Below are positions 45,001-54,664 of a stretch of DNA of 64,000 nucleotides, piece by piece; position 1 is the stretch's first letter; every line of letters starts with the position of its first letter. Made by a program: the position numbers and the translations under genes. The notes beneath the pieces were generated by a model. The model made no database searches. It had not been told where the DNA came from and worked only from the letters and a program-made list of their open reading frames with translations. The stretch is from a virus (lineage: Duplodnaviria > Caudoviricetes), in the IMG/VR virus record IMGVR_UViG_3300027833_000011; one strand, written 5' to 3'.

Positions 45001-48000
45001 GAAACTAAAATTGGTGGAGTATCTGCTGATTTAGCGACTGAGGTTGGAGTAAGAGGTACGGCTGACACTTCATTAACGAATAGAATTGCTAGTGAAGAAA
45101 CAAACAGAGTTTCTGCGGATTCATCTTTAGCTCTTTTAATCGGGGGTAACGCATCTGACATTAGTTCACTTAACGAATTATCGGGAGTGTCAATAACAGG
45201 TGACGTATTAAAAGTATCAGGTTCAAATCAAGCGTTTACTGTTGATTTATCACAGTTTAACGATAATACAGACAATTACATAACAGGAGCGGCACTTTCA
45301 GGTGATGTATTAACATTATCAAGAGTATCAGGTTCTGTAACGGTAGATTTAGGTCAATATCAAACCTCATCAGAGGTGGCATCACAAATAACAACGGCAA
45401 TCACAGGTTACGCTACTGAGAATTATGTTGATAGTGCAATAGCACCATTAGCAGTAAAAACGGTAGTATCTGCGGCTGACGCTTCATTAAACACTAAGAT
45501 AGATTCTTTAGACTCAAGTTTAGATTCAGAGATTTCATCTAGAATTGAAAGTGAGGATTATGTTATCGGTGCTGCGATGTCTAATGACACATTAAAATTA
45601 ACAAGAGCGAAAGGTGGTGTAGTATCAGTAGACCTGTCACAATTTATAGATGACACTGACACAGATAACTATATTACAGGAGCTGCGATATCAGGTGATA
45701 TACTAACATTAAGTAGACAAAACGGAGACGTTACGGTTAACTTAGGTCAGTATCAAACTTCTTCAGAAGTTGCATCACAGATAGCAACAGGTCTTGTAGG
45801 TTACGCTACTGAATCATATGTTGGTTCGGCAGTTTCACCTAAAGCTAATAAAACATATGTTGATTCACAAGACGCGTCATTAGCGACTAGAATAGATTCA
45901 ATTGATACGACAATCGCATCACACAATGAATTAGACGGAACAAGTTTCGTAGCTAACATACTTACAGTTTCAGGTTCTGAGGCTGACTACTCAGTAGATT
46001 TAAGTTCATTAGCAACAGACGTAAATGTTTCTTCAGGTTCATACAATTCAACAACAGGTACGTTAACATTAACGAAATCTGACGGTGGAACTGTTGCGGT
46101 AAGTAACTTCTATGTAGATGTAAACGGAGATAACTTTATCACGGGAGCAAGTGTAGTAGGTCAAAACTTAATCTTATCAAGACAAGGGTTAACGGATATT
46201 ACGGTATCTTTAGCTGGTTTTGTAACATCAGGTGAATTAACAACGGCAATTTCAGACTTCAAGTCAAGTTCAGCAATCGCAACTGATATATCATCAGCGG
46301 TGGCTACTGAATCAGGAATCAGAAGTTCGGCTGACAACTCATTAGCAGTTGCCATATCAGCGGTACAATCAGATTTCGATTCAATACCTGAAGATGAAAA
46401 TGATTATATTTCATCAGCGGCAATTGTAAGTAACAATTTAGTTATTACAAGAACTGACGGTGGGACAGTAACAGTTAGTTTAGCACAATTTATGGATGAC
46501 ACTAATACGGATAACTTCGTAACAGGTGCGTCTTTATCGGGTGATACATTAACATTAACGAGAGACTCAGGTAACTCTATTACAGTTAACTTAGGTCAAT
46601 ATCAAACTTCTTCGGAAGTAGGTGGACAAATAACATCAGCATTGGCGGGTTACGCTACTGAGAGTTATGTTGGTAGTGCAATTGCACCATTAGCGGTAGC
46701 ATCGGCAGTATCTACGGCTGATTCATCATTGAACACTAAGATAGACTCTTTAGAATCAAGTTTAAATTCTGAGGTCTCGTCAAGAATAGCAACCGAAGAT
46801 TATTTAGTCGGAGCTACAATGTCTAACGACACATTAAAATTAACAAGAAACTTAGGTGGTATTGTAACAGTTGACTTAGGTCAATTTAAAGACAATACTG
46901 ACAACTTCCTAACAGGAGCTTCTTTATCGGGTGATTTACTTACTCTAACAAGAAACTCAGGTGGTTCATTATCTGTTAACTTAGGACAATATCAAACATC
47001 GTCTGAAGTGGCATCACAGATAACCTCAGCAATTGCTAATTACGCTACTACATCATATGTTAATACTGCTGATACTTCATTGGCAAGTAAAATAACATCT
47101 GTAGACACAAGATTCGGTGGCTTACCATCTGAAGATTATGTAACAGGAGCGGTTATGTCTAACGACACATTAAAATTAACAAGAGCACAAGGTGGTGTTG
47201 TATCAGTAGACTTAAGTAGATATACTACGGCTTCTGAATTAACATCGGCTTTATCTCCATACGCAACCTCAGCGGTTACTTCTACACAGATTTCATCAGG
47301 AATCCAAACAGAAACAAACAGAGCGGTTGGTAAAGAGAACTCATTACATACAAGGATTGGTCAAGTATCAACGGCTTTAGGAACTGAGATTGGAACAACA
47401 AATAGTGAAGTTACTTCATTACATACGAGAGTTGGTTCAGTATCAACGGTAGCGTCGACAAATACTACGAACATTGGTTCAGTATCAGCACTAACAGGTT
47501 CATTAAGTTCAGATATCTCTACATTAGAGGCGTCTGGTTACGATGACTCATCTTTAGCAACAAGAATCTCAACAGAAGAGTCGACAAGGTTAGTTAAAGA
47601 TAATTCATTAAACACTAAAGTTGGTTCAGTATCTACGGCAATAGCTAACGAGATAAATTCAACTAATGGTGATATCACATCATTAAACACGAGAGTGGGT
47701 AATGAAGAAAGTACGAGAAGTACTAAAGACAGTTCATTAACAACTGCCTTATCTGCGGAAACCGCAGCAAGGATAGCTGGTGATGGTAGTTTAGGTACAC
47801 GTATTGATGGTATAAATGAATTAGACGGGTTAGTATTCTCATCTAACGTTTTAACGGTAGGTGGTTCTGAAAGTGACTTCTCTGTAGATTTAGGAGTATT
47901 AGCTTCTGATGTAACAGTTACAGGTGGTACATATAATTCAGGAACACAAACATTAAACTTAACGAAGAGTAATAATGATACTATCGCAATCTCAGGATTT

Positions 48001-48849
48001 GCTATTGACACTGACACTGATAACTTTGCTGATTCAGTATCATTCAATTCGACTAATGGTGTATTAACCATTGGTAGAACAGGGACGTTATCTGACATAT
48101 CAGTTGATTTAGATGGTAGATACTTAGTAGATACTGTAGACAACAACAACTATGTAGATGGTGCGAGTTTCAATACGACTAACGGTGTCTTAACAATAGG
48201 AAGGTCAGGTTCTTTATCTGATATTAATATTGATTTAGACGGAAGATTTACAGATAATGGTTACGCAGACGCAATGAACCAACATGTAAAAACTAACTCA
48301 GCGGTAACGTTCAGTACGGTTAATACAGGTCAGGGAGCGACTGAAGTACATTTAATGAATCAAAATGTTAGAACATCTGACACGGTAACATTCAATCAAG
48401 TTAACGCTAGTATTGGTGATATCGATGAAATCAGAATTGATACTACAACGTTAACAAGTTCATTAGGTGTCTTATCTATAAACACTGATGTGGAAATCAC
48501 GGGAGAGTTAAGAGCAACAAGTAAGTCGTTCTTAATCGACCATCCTACTCAACCTAACATGAAGTTACAATATGGTAACTTAGAGGGACCTGAGCATGGA
48601 GTCTACATTAGAGGTAAAGTAGGTGCTGACGGTATGATTGAATTACCAGAATATTGGACTGAGTTAGTACATGAAGATTCTATAACAGTACAGTTAACTG
48701 CTATTGGAGCACCAACAACACACTATGTTAAGTCTATTGAAGACAACAAAGTAGAAGTTGGTTCTGAAAGTGGTATAGTAAATGCTTTCTACACGATAAA
48801 CGCTGAGAGAAAGGATGTTTATAAATTAAGAGTTGAATTTCCAGCTTAA
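42028..48849 (+). CDS. Giant (2273 aa) tail fibre-like protein: coiled-coil shaft, repeated beta modules, C-terminal KSF.IDHP..EGPE domain
   Basis: LVDGAPSALDTLVELA; E..R..D.SL repeats; DNY.TGA.LSGD.LTL modules; KSFLIDHPT..LQYGNLEGPEHGVYIRG. Confidence 0.8.
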   Translation: MALRQLGLFQLNTNPGTQEIDLGTTANFLDEIFVDSISANTYLGDGSGLTIDGIDSLVDSLSIETSARTGADTSLATKISTDVQSAIDNLVDGAPSALDTLVELASKIGEGSISEANIVAEINSVGVRVTNEAATRLSADGSLATLIGQVSTGASSNLASEILQTGNEVNSLTTRISTEESVRDTQVTSLANEITGEVTADITSVDTRITGVEGDLTSVETRLSTEESTMVVTVNSLGTVVDGDISSVVTKIGDEESSRIGADNSLATLISTEVVNRESEDNVLDGKITTEASSRGVADNSLGDRIDTLEDNPYDDSSINTRVGGVESSASSLGARISSEEVVRLSKDNSIATIAGQNTSSINTASTSLTSRISTEEIARTTGVNSVNDKVGVEASSRVVKDDSLDAKIDSEISTLKLDVVQNESDISGEETIRIQKDNSLDSKISTEVVTLEAKDTSLATRIGVEEGARASSDSALSNEISVQASMRQSADTAISSQLISDISVLVDADDNLSSDIVAEESLRYAADDSLTTRVSSVESEVSSNKASTDTRVLTVEGQIGGIDVDITGLTSGVNSLDSKIDSEISSEVVARNSAIVVAKDEIINGAGDAYNTLSELQTALEDNDGDITTILTAQGSINTRITTEESTRLLKDSILESEIDNKTNSLETRISTLTSKDVVIDSDITSEVSSRVSGDLSLNNRISSEESARESAVTAINEAAYDDSSINTRVGGVESDLSSEISSEASSRVLGDNSLNTKIGSVSTALASEIGTTNGEITSLNTRVSNEEDNSTTLENSLVGVDTSLHSRISSEEVTRSLAVSSLHVKSGNITGDVTSIANRIQSEESTRLSSDNILTGSVGSINTRVATEEGKSTSLTTRVSNVESDLTSEVNSVDTRIDNIEAAAYDDSSINTRIGGVESDLTTAEGSLETKITAEESSRVLGDSSLTTVISTLQSDLNTEIASTNTEMTSLDTRLSTIELDDETVESSLETKIGGVSADLATEVGVRGTADTSLTNRIASEETNRVSADSSLALLIGGNASDISSLNELSGVSITGDVLKVSGSNQAFTVDLSQFNDNTDNYITGAALSGDVLTLSRVSGSVTVDLGQYQTSSEVASQITTAITGYATENYVDSAIAPLAVKTVVSAADASLNTKIDSLDSSLDSEISSRIESEDYVIGAAMSNDTLKLTRAKGGVVSVDLSQFIDDTDTDNYITGAAISGDILTLSRQNGDVTVNLGQYQTSSEVASQIATGLVGYATESYVGSAVSPKANKTYVDSQDASLATRIDSIDTTIASHNELDGTSFVANILTVSGSEADYSVDLSSLATDVNVSSGSYNSTTGTLTLTKSDGGTVAVSNFYVDVNGDNFITGASVVGQNLILSRQGLTDITVSLAGFVTSGELTTAISDFKSSSAIATDISSAVATESGIRSSADNSLAVAISAVQSDFDSIPEDENDYISSAAIVSNNLVITRTDGGTVTVSLAQFMDDTNTDNFVTGASLSGDTLTLTRDSGNSITVNLGQYQTSSEVGGQITSALAGYATESYVGSAIAPLAVASAVSTADSSLNTKIDSLESSLNSEVSSRIATEDYLVGATMSNDTLKLTRNLGGIVTVDLGQFKDNTDNFLTGASLSGDLLTLTRNSGGSLSVNLGQYQTSSEVASQITSAIANYATTSYVNTADTSLASKITSVDTRFGGLPSEDYVTGAVMSNDTLKLTRAQGGVVSVDLSRYTTASELTSALSPYATSAVTSTQISSGIQTETNRAVGKENSLHTRIGQVSTALGTEIGTTNSEVTSLHTRVGSVSTVASTNTTNIGSVSALTGSLSSDISTLEASGYDDSSLATRISTEESTRLVKDNSLNTKVGSVSTAIANEINSTNGDITSLNTRVGNEESTRSTKDSSLTTALSAETAARIAGDGSLGTRIDGINELDGLVFSSNVLTVGGSESDFSVDLGVLASDVTVTGGTYNSGTQTLNLTKSNNDTIAISGFAIDTDTDNFADSVSFNSTNGVLTIGRTGTLSDISVDLDGRYLVDTVDNNNYVDGASFNTTNGVLTIGRSGSLSDINIDLDGRFTDNGYADAMNQHVKTNSAVTFSTVNTGQGATEVHLMNQNVRTSDTVTFNQVNASIGDIDEIRIDTTTLTSSLGVLSINTDVEITGELRATSKSFLIDHPTQPNMKLQYGNLEGPEHGVYIRGKVGADGMIELPEYWTELVHEDSITVQLTAIGAPTTHYVKSIEDNKVEVGSESGIVNAFYTINAERKDVYKLRVEFPA

Positions 48850-48897
48850 GATGACTAAACATAATAACATAATAAATTTTAAAATTGATTCTTTGTA

Positions 48898-51714
48898 ATG
48901 GCTAAGAACATAATTATCACACCGAATTTAACAGGGACAGATAATCCAAACATAGCTATCACCAATGGAAATGAAGAGATTGTCATCGGCTTAAACGCCG
49001 GTGGCTCTCTTATCTTCCAAGATGGTGGTGGAGCTACGTTATTGGAACTGGACTCTAATGGTAACGCCACAGTAAAGAACCAAAACCTTAAAACTAATCA
49101 GTTTACAGTAAACTCACAAGACGCTTTCGACGAGTCCCTTTATGTAGGTCCATCAGGACACTTAAAAGGACAGAAAGGTATCAAAGGAAACATAGGACCC
49201 ACCGGAGCTCAAGGAGCGAAAGGAGTAATTGGGGCAAAAGGTTTGAAAGGATACATTGGTTCCGTAGGGGTGGTAGGTGCCCAAGGTGCTCAGGGTACTC
49301 AAGGACAAGTAGGTGCAACTGCACCACAAGGTCCAAAAGGCCCAATAGGAAATGCAGGTCCAATAGGACCCGTAGGACCAAAAGGAGGACAAGGTACTCA
49401 AGGACCTAAAGGTTACGTAGGTAATCAAGGGAGTAAAGGAGTAACAGGACCTAAAGGTCTAAAAGGAGGAGTAGGTCTACAAGGACCAAAAGGTGCTTCA
49501 CCTCAAGGACCACAAGGACCGCAAGGACCTCAAGGACCACAAGGACCGCAAGGACCTAAAGGTTATAAAGGGATAAAAGGTGCGACAGGGAATGTCGGAC
49601 CAACAGGTTATAAAGGTATCGCGGGTACTAAAGGTAACGAAGGACCCATAGGGGACAGAGGAGCCACAGGACTTAAAGGATACAAAGGTATTACAGGACC
49701 TAAGGGTCAGACGGGTAATAAAGGACCCAAAGGTAATGCCGGTGACCAAGGACCTACTGCATCGAAAGGTGTGTTAGGTAATAAAGGTACTAAAGGTAAT
49801 AAAGGTGTCATTGGCTCGAAAGGGTATAAGGGCAACAGAGGAACTCAAGGACCAAAAGGATATGAACCGAAAGGACCGAAAGGATACCAAGGACCGAAAG
49901 GATACAAAGGTATCAAAGGAAATAAAGGTATTAAAGGTATTACAGGACCAGGTGGACCGAGAGGTATACAAGGTGGTGGTGGTGACTTAGGACCTACGGG
50001 AACTGCAGGTATCAACGGACCAAAAGGACCAAGAGGTGTTCAAGGACCTGTCGGTACTCAAGGACCAAAAGGTTATAAGGGTGTCAAAGGTATCAAAGGA
50101 CCTCAGGGTACAAAAGGACCTCAGGGAGACCAAGGAGGACCAGGTGCTAAAGGTGTTATTGGAGGCCAAGGTAATAAAGGTATAAAAGGTAACGCAGGAC
50201 CAAAAGGTTATATTGGTTCTTCTATTAAAGGTAATAGAGGAGGACAAGGACCAACAGGTTATAAAGGTATCAAAGGTAATAAAGGTGTTAAGGGTATCAA
50301 AGGAAACTTTGGACCACAAGGACCTACAGGACTAAAAGGAAACCAAGGAGGACAAGGTGCTAAAGGATATGCTGGAGCTACAGGAACTAAAGGTAACCGA
50401 GGTGGTACTGGAGGTTCTGGAGACAAAGGTGTTACAGGACCAGGTGGACCAACAGGTGGAAAAGGTATTAAAGGTAACATAGGTGGCCAAGGAGCAAGAG
50501 GTAATACAGGAGCCCAAGGTTATCAAGGAGCAAGAGGTACTACAGGACTTAAAGGAAATAAAGGTATTAAAGGTTATCAAGGACCAGGTGGACCAACAGG
50601 TGGTAAAGGTATTAAAGGTAATATCGGACCAGGTGGACCAACAGGGCCAGGAGGTGATAGAGGACCAGGAGGTGATACAGGTGGTAAAGGTTACAGAGGT
50701 GACCAAGGACCTGTAGGACAGAAAGGTTATAAAGGAGCACCAGGTGGTAAAGGTATCAAAGGTAACATAGGTGGTCAAGGAGCGAGAGGTCCACAAGGAG
50801 GACAAGGGTCTCAAGGACCACGAGGTGGAACAGGACCAAAAGGACCTAAAGGTTACAAAGGTAATGCTGGTAACAAAGGTTATCAAGGTGCTAAAGGTAT
50901 CAAAGGTAATAAAGGAACTAAGGGTTATACAGGTACTCAAGGGTTGAGTGGTGACAAAGGTTATATAGGTGGACCAGGAGGACAAGGACCAGCTGGAGGT
51001 AATAATACGACTAAAGGTGGTAGAGGAGCTACAGGTTCTTCTCCAAAAGGTTATATTGGAGCACAAGGTAACAAAGGTGTTAAAGGTTTTATAGGTAATC
51101 AAGGACCGGGAGGTGACATATATTTGGTATCAAATTTCCCTGATGCACCAAGTGGACCAACAGGTGATAGAGGACCTACAGGTTCTAATGGTACATCTAA
51201 AGGACCAAAAGGATATGCAGGACCTTTAGGTGCTAAAGGTAATCAAGGACCAAAAGGACCAACGACTTTCGGAAGCAAAGGTAAGAGAGGTGCAAAAGGT
51301 ACTGGAGGACCAAAAGGACCTACAGGTTATAAAGGTATTAGAGGGCCGAATGGTTATAAAGGACCAAAAGGACCTACAGGAAATACATCTGATGCAAGAT
51401 TGAAAGAAAACATTAAAGAGTTAACAGGTGGTATTGAAAAAATATCAAAACTTAGAGGTGTTAAATTTGATTGGGTAGAAGGTTCTATACATAATGTACA
51501 CGAAGTTAAAGGTAGAGATGCTGGTTTTATCGCTCAAGAAGTTAATGAGGTTTTACCTGAGTTGACTAATATAATGAATGAAGAGAATGGTACGATGCAA
51601 GTTAACTACGCTAAGATGACTTCAGTATTAATTTCAGCGCTGAGAGAACAGAGGGAAATCGTTAAAGAATATACTGATAAACTTGAAATAATTAAATTAA
51701 ATCGTTCGAAATAA
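48898..51714 (+). CDS. Collagen-like fibre protein 1 with a C-terminal peptidase S74 intramolecular chaperone
   Basis: Gly-X-Y from ~49147 to ~51384; SDARLKENI..LRGVKFDW..GFIAQEV..VNY. Confidence 0.92.
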   Translation: MAKNIIITPNLTGTDNPNIAITNGNEEIVIGLNAGGSLIFQDGGGATLLELDSNGNATVKNQNLKTNQFTVNSQDAFDESLYVGPSGHLKGQKGIKGNIGPTGAQGAKGVIGAKGLKGYIGSVGVVGAQGAQGTQGQVGATAPQGPKGPIGNAGPIGPVGPKGGQGTQGPKGYVGNQGSKGVTGPKGLKGGVGLQGPKGASPQGPQGPQGPQGPQGPQGPKGYKGIKGATGNVGPTGYKGIAGTKGNEGPIGDRGATGLKGYKGITGPKGQTGNKGPKGNAGDQGPTASKGVLGNKGTKGNKGVIGSKGYKGNRGTQGPKGYEPKGPKGYQGPKGYKGIKGNKGIKGITGPGGPRGIQGGGGDLGPTGTAGINGPKGPRGVQGPVGTQGPKGYKGVKGIKGPQGTKGPQGDQGGPGAKGVIGGQGNKGIKGNAGPKGYIGSSIKGNRGGQGPTGYKGIKGNKGVKGIKGNFGPQGPTGLKGNQGGQGAKGYAGATGTKGNRGGTGGSGDKGVTGPGGPTGGKGIKGNIGGQGARGNTGAQGYQGARGTTGLKGNKGIKGYQGPGGPTGGKGIKGNIGPGGPTGPGGDRGPGGDTGGKGYRGDQGPVGQKGYKGAPGGKGIKGNIGGQGARGPQGGQGSQGPRGGTGPKGPKGYKGNAGNKGYQGAKGIKGNKGTKGYTGTQGLSGDKGYIGGPGGQGPAGGNNTTKGGRGATGSSPKGYIGAQGNKGVKGFIGNQGPGGDIYLVSNFPDAPSGPTGDRGPTGSNGTSKGPKGYAGPLGAKGNQGPKGPTTFGSKGKRGAKGTGGPKGPTGYKGIRGPNGYKGPKGPTGNTSDARLKENIKELTGGIEKISKLRGVKFDWVEGSIHNVHEVKGRDAGFIAQEVNEVLPELTNIMNEENGTMQVNYAKMTSVLISALREQREIVKEYTDKLEIIKLNRSK

Positions 51715-54662
51715 TGGCACTACAAAAAGGAAACAAAGGGATACATATATTCCCAAATAGAGTAGGTACGAATGAACCTAAAATAGAACTTTATCAAGGT
51801 TCTACTACGTATACACTAGAGGTAGAAGACAATACTAATGATGTTGTTATATTCTTAAATGGTACAGAGGTTGCTCGTATGAAATCATCAGGTGATGAAA
51901 GATTTCAAATTGTTGGAGACCTAATAATTGACGGAGATTTAAGAGACTCAAGTGGTAACGTAATCGTAACTCAATCAGGTATATACAACGGAACATTTCA
52001 AGGTACTACAGGTGACAGAGGACCTCAGGGACCTCAAGGTAACCAAGGACCTAAGGGAATAAAAGGACCAAAAGGTAACTTTGGACCTACAGGTCAGAAA
52101 GGACTTAAAGGTATTGCTGGTAATAAAGGTAATAAAGGTACTAAAGGTAATAATTCACCTAAAGGTGTTATTGGAGATAACGGACCAAGAGGAAATGACG
52201 GACCGCAAGGACCGCAAGGACCTCAAGGTGACAAGGGTATTAAAGGTAACTTAGGTGATAAGGGTGTAAAAGGTAACCGTGGATACCAAGGTGGAAACGG
52301 AGACAAAGGACCTATCGGAGCTAAAGGTTATAAAGGAACCAAAGGTATTAAAGGTAACGTTGGTAACAAAGGTATCAAAGGAGTTAAAGGTAATATCGGA
52401 GGTAACGGAGATTTAGGACCAACAGGTTCTAAAGGACTTAAAGGTGTTTTAGGTGTTAAGGGTTATACCGGACAACAAGGACCACAAGGACCTCAAGGAC
52501 CTAAAGGTTATCAACCAACAGGACCAATTGGACCAAAAGGTAATAGAGGATATCAAGGTGCTATTGGTGACAAAGGTTACCAAGGAGGACAAGGTGTCTC
52601 ACCTAAAGGACCAAAAGGTGGGAATGGTGATACAGGACCACAAGGACCTCAGGGTAATAAAGGACCGACAGGACCTAAAGGATATAAAGGTGTCGAAGGT
52701 GGACAATCATCTTCGGGTGTAGGTGTTATTACAGGACCTACAGGGCAGAAAGGTATCACAGGACCGCAAGGACCTACAGGACTGCAAGGACCAATTGGAA
52801 CACAAGGACCTCAAGGACCTAAGGGTTATAGAGGTGCTACGGGTCAGAAAGGATATGCTATCAATGATGACCCTACAACTTCGGGGCTAACGGCTCCTAA
52901 AGGACCAAAAGGACCACAAGGTTACATTGGTGTTACAGGACCAAAAGGTGGTACCGGTGATGGTGGAGATAGAGGACCTCAGGGAACTACAGGTAATGCT
53001 GGTTCAAAAGGTCAGATAGGGACACAAGGTGCTAAAGGTTATAAAGGTAATATTGGTGGACCTGGAGATAAAGGTTATACAGGTGGAAAAGGACCTAACG
53101 CAGCTGCGGGACCAAAAGGACCTAAAGGTAATGTTGGAAACAAAGGTGTAACAGGACCAGTTGGACCACAAGGACCTACAGGACCAATTGGGACTAAAGG
53201 TAATATTGGTAATAAAGGTGTTGTAGGAACCAAAGGTAACAAAGGTATCAAAGGACAAAAAGGAGCATCTCCTCAGGGACCTAAGGGTTACAGAGGACCA
53301 CAAGGTGGTCTAGGAAGTCAAGGACTACGAGGTGGAACAGGACCAAAAGGACCAAAAGGTTACAAAGGTAACAAAGGTGTTAAGGGTTATTTAGGTACCA
53401 AAGGAAACAAAGGTGTCAAAGGATATCAACCAGGTGGACCGCAAGGACCTACAGGGACTAAAGGAAATAGAGGTACTACGGGACCACAAGGACCTACAGG
53501 ACCTCAAGGAAATCAAGGTGGACAAGGTGGTCAGGGACCAAAAGGATATATAGGACCTTCATATAAAGGACCTACAGGTTATAAAGGTGTGGTATCAACT
53601 ATAGGAGACAGAGGTGCTACGGGACCAAAAGGGCCAAAAGGTTATAAAGGTAACGCAGGACCAAAAGGTTATAAAGGTATCAAAGGAAACAAAGGTGTCA
53701 AAGGATATCAACCACAAGGACCTACAGGAGATAAAGGGTACACAGGTGCTAAAGGACAAAAAGGTAATGTTGGACCTACAGGTCCTACAGGACCAACAGG
53801 TTCTAATGGTGCTAAAGGTAACAGAGGTGGTTTAGGACCTCAGGGACCAAAAGGTGTTAAAGGTAATAGAGGTAATACAGGACCAAAAGGACCGAAAGGA
53901 AACAAAGGTACCAAAGGAAACAAAGGTTACAAAGGTAATATCGGACCAGGTGGACCAACAGGACCAAAAGGCGTTAAAGGTAATAGAGGTAACTTTGGAC
54001 CAAACGTAGGACCAAGAGGACCTCAAGGTGGACAAGGACCAAGAGGATACCAAGGTAATTTTGGACCTCAGGGACCAACAGGTGGACAAGGTGGTTCAGG
54101 AGCCGGTGGAGGAACAGGACAAAAAGGTGGTACTGCCGCGGGTCTTAAAGGACCAAAAGGTTACGCAGCGTCTATTTCTTCTTTTGGTGGTTCAGGTGGA
54201 CCAACAGGTGCACAAGGTTTAAGAGGACCTCAAGGTTACCAAGGTTTAAGAGGACCTACAGGAGCTGCCGGTGGAGGTGGAGGAAGTGGACCAACAGGTG
54301 GTGGTTCATCATCCGAAGGACCATCCCTTGGTCGCTCTGATAAGAGACTTAAGTTAGACGTTAACTTAATATCTAATCCATTACAAAAAATCCAAGAACT
54401 AATACCTGTCGAATATGATTGGACAGATAAAGGTTTAGAGGATGGTCTTGTAAGTGGAGCCTACGGTAAACACGATATTGGTTTTGTTGCTCAAAACGCT
54501 AAAAAAGTGATACCAACTTTAGTACATACTAAAGACACGGGTTACTTAACATTGTCATACTCTAGAGTTGTTCCATTAATCATTGAAGCGATTAAGGAAG
54601 AACAGAAAAACATTGATATGTTAGAGGAAGAAATAAATAAACTTAGACTAAACAACAATTAA
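51714..54662 (+). CDS. Collagen-like fibre protein 2 with an S74 chaperone
   Basis: Gly-X-Y ~52002-54330; SDKRLK..PVEYDW..GFVAQ..LSY. Confidence 0.92.
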   Translation: MALQKGNKGIHIFPNRVGTNEPKIELYQGSTTYTLEVEDNTNDVVIFLNGTEVARMKSSGDERFQIVGDLIIDGDLRDSSGNVIVTQSGIYNGTFQGTTGDRGPQGPQGNQGPKGIKGPKGNFGPTGQKGLKGIAGNKGNKGTKGNNSPKGVIGDNGPRGNDGPQGPQGPQGDKGIKGNLGDKGVKGNRGYQGGNGDKGPIGAKGYKGTKGIKGNVGNKGIKGVKGNIGGNGDLGPTGSKGLKGVLGVKGYTGQQGPQGPQGPKGYQPTGPIGPKGNRGYQGAIGDKGYQGGQGVSPKGPKGGNGDTGPQGPQGNKGPTGPKGYKGVEGGQSSSGVGVITGPTGQKGITGPQGPTGLQGPIGTQGPQGPKGYRGATGQKGYAINDDPTTSGLTAPKGPKGPQGYIGVTGPKGGTGDGGDRGPQGTTGNAGSKGQIGTQGAKGYKGNIGGPGDKGYTGGKGPNAAAGPKGPKGNVGNKGVTGPVGPQGPTGPIGTKGNIGNKGVVGTKGNKGIKGQKGASPQGPKGYRGPQGGLGSQGLRGGTGPKGPKGYKGNKGVKGYLGTKGNKGVKGYQPGGPQGPTGTKGNRGTTGPQGPTGPQGNQGGQGGQGPKGYIGPSYKGPTGYKGVVSTIGDRGATGPKGPKGYKGNAGPKGYKGIKGNKGVKGYQPQGPTGDKGYTGAKGQKGNVGPTGPTGPTGSNGAKGNRGGLGPQGPKGVKGNRGNTGPKGPKGNKGTKGNKGYKGNIGPGGPTGPKGVKGNRGNFGPNVGPRGPQGGQGPRGYQGNFGPQGPTGGQGGSGAGGGTGQKGGTAAGLKGPKGYAASISSFGGSGGPTGAQGLRGPQGYQGLRGPTGAAGGGGGSGPTGGGSSSEGPSLGRSDKRLKLDVNLISNPLQKIQELIPVEYDWTDKGLEDGLVSGAYGKHDIGFVAQNAKKVIPTLVHTKDTGYLTLSYSRVVPLIIEAIKEEQKNIDMLEEEINKLRLNNN

Positions 54663-54664
54663 TC

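Noticed and set aside
34448-48149. Long Ser/Val/Leu-rich antisense ORFs (e.g. 42276-43307, 47538-48149)
   Set aside because: They are antisense reflections of the repetitive fibre genes, with no independent motifs.
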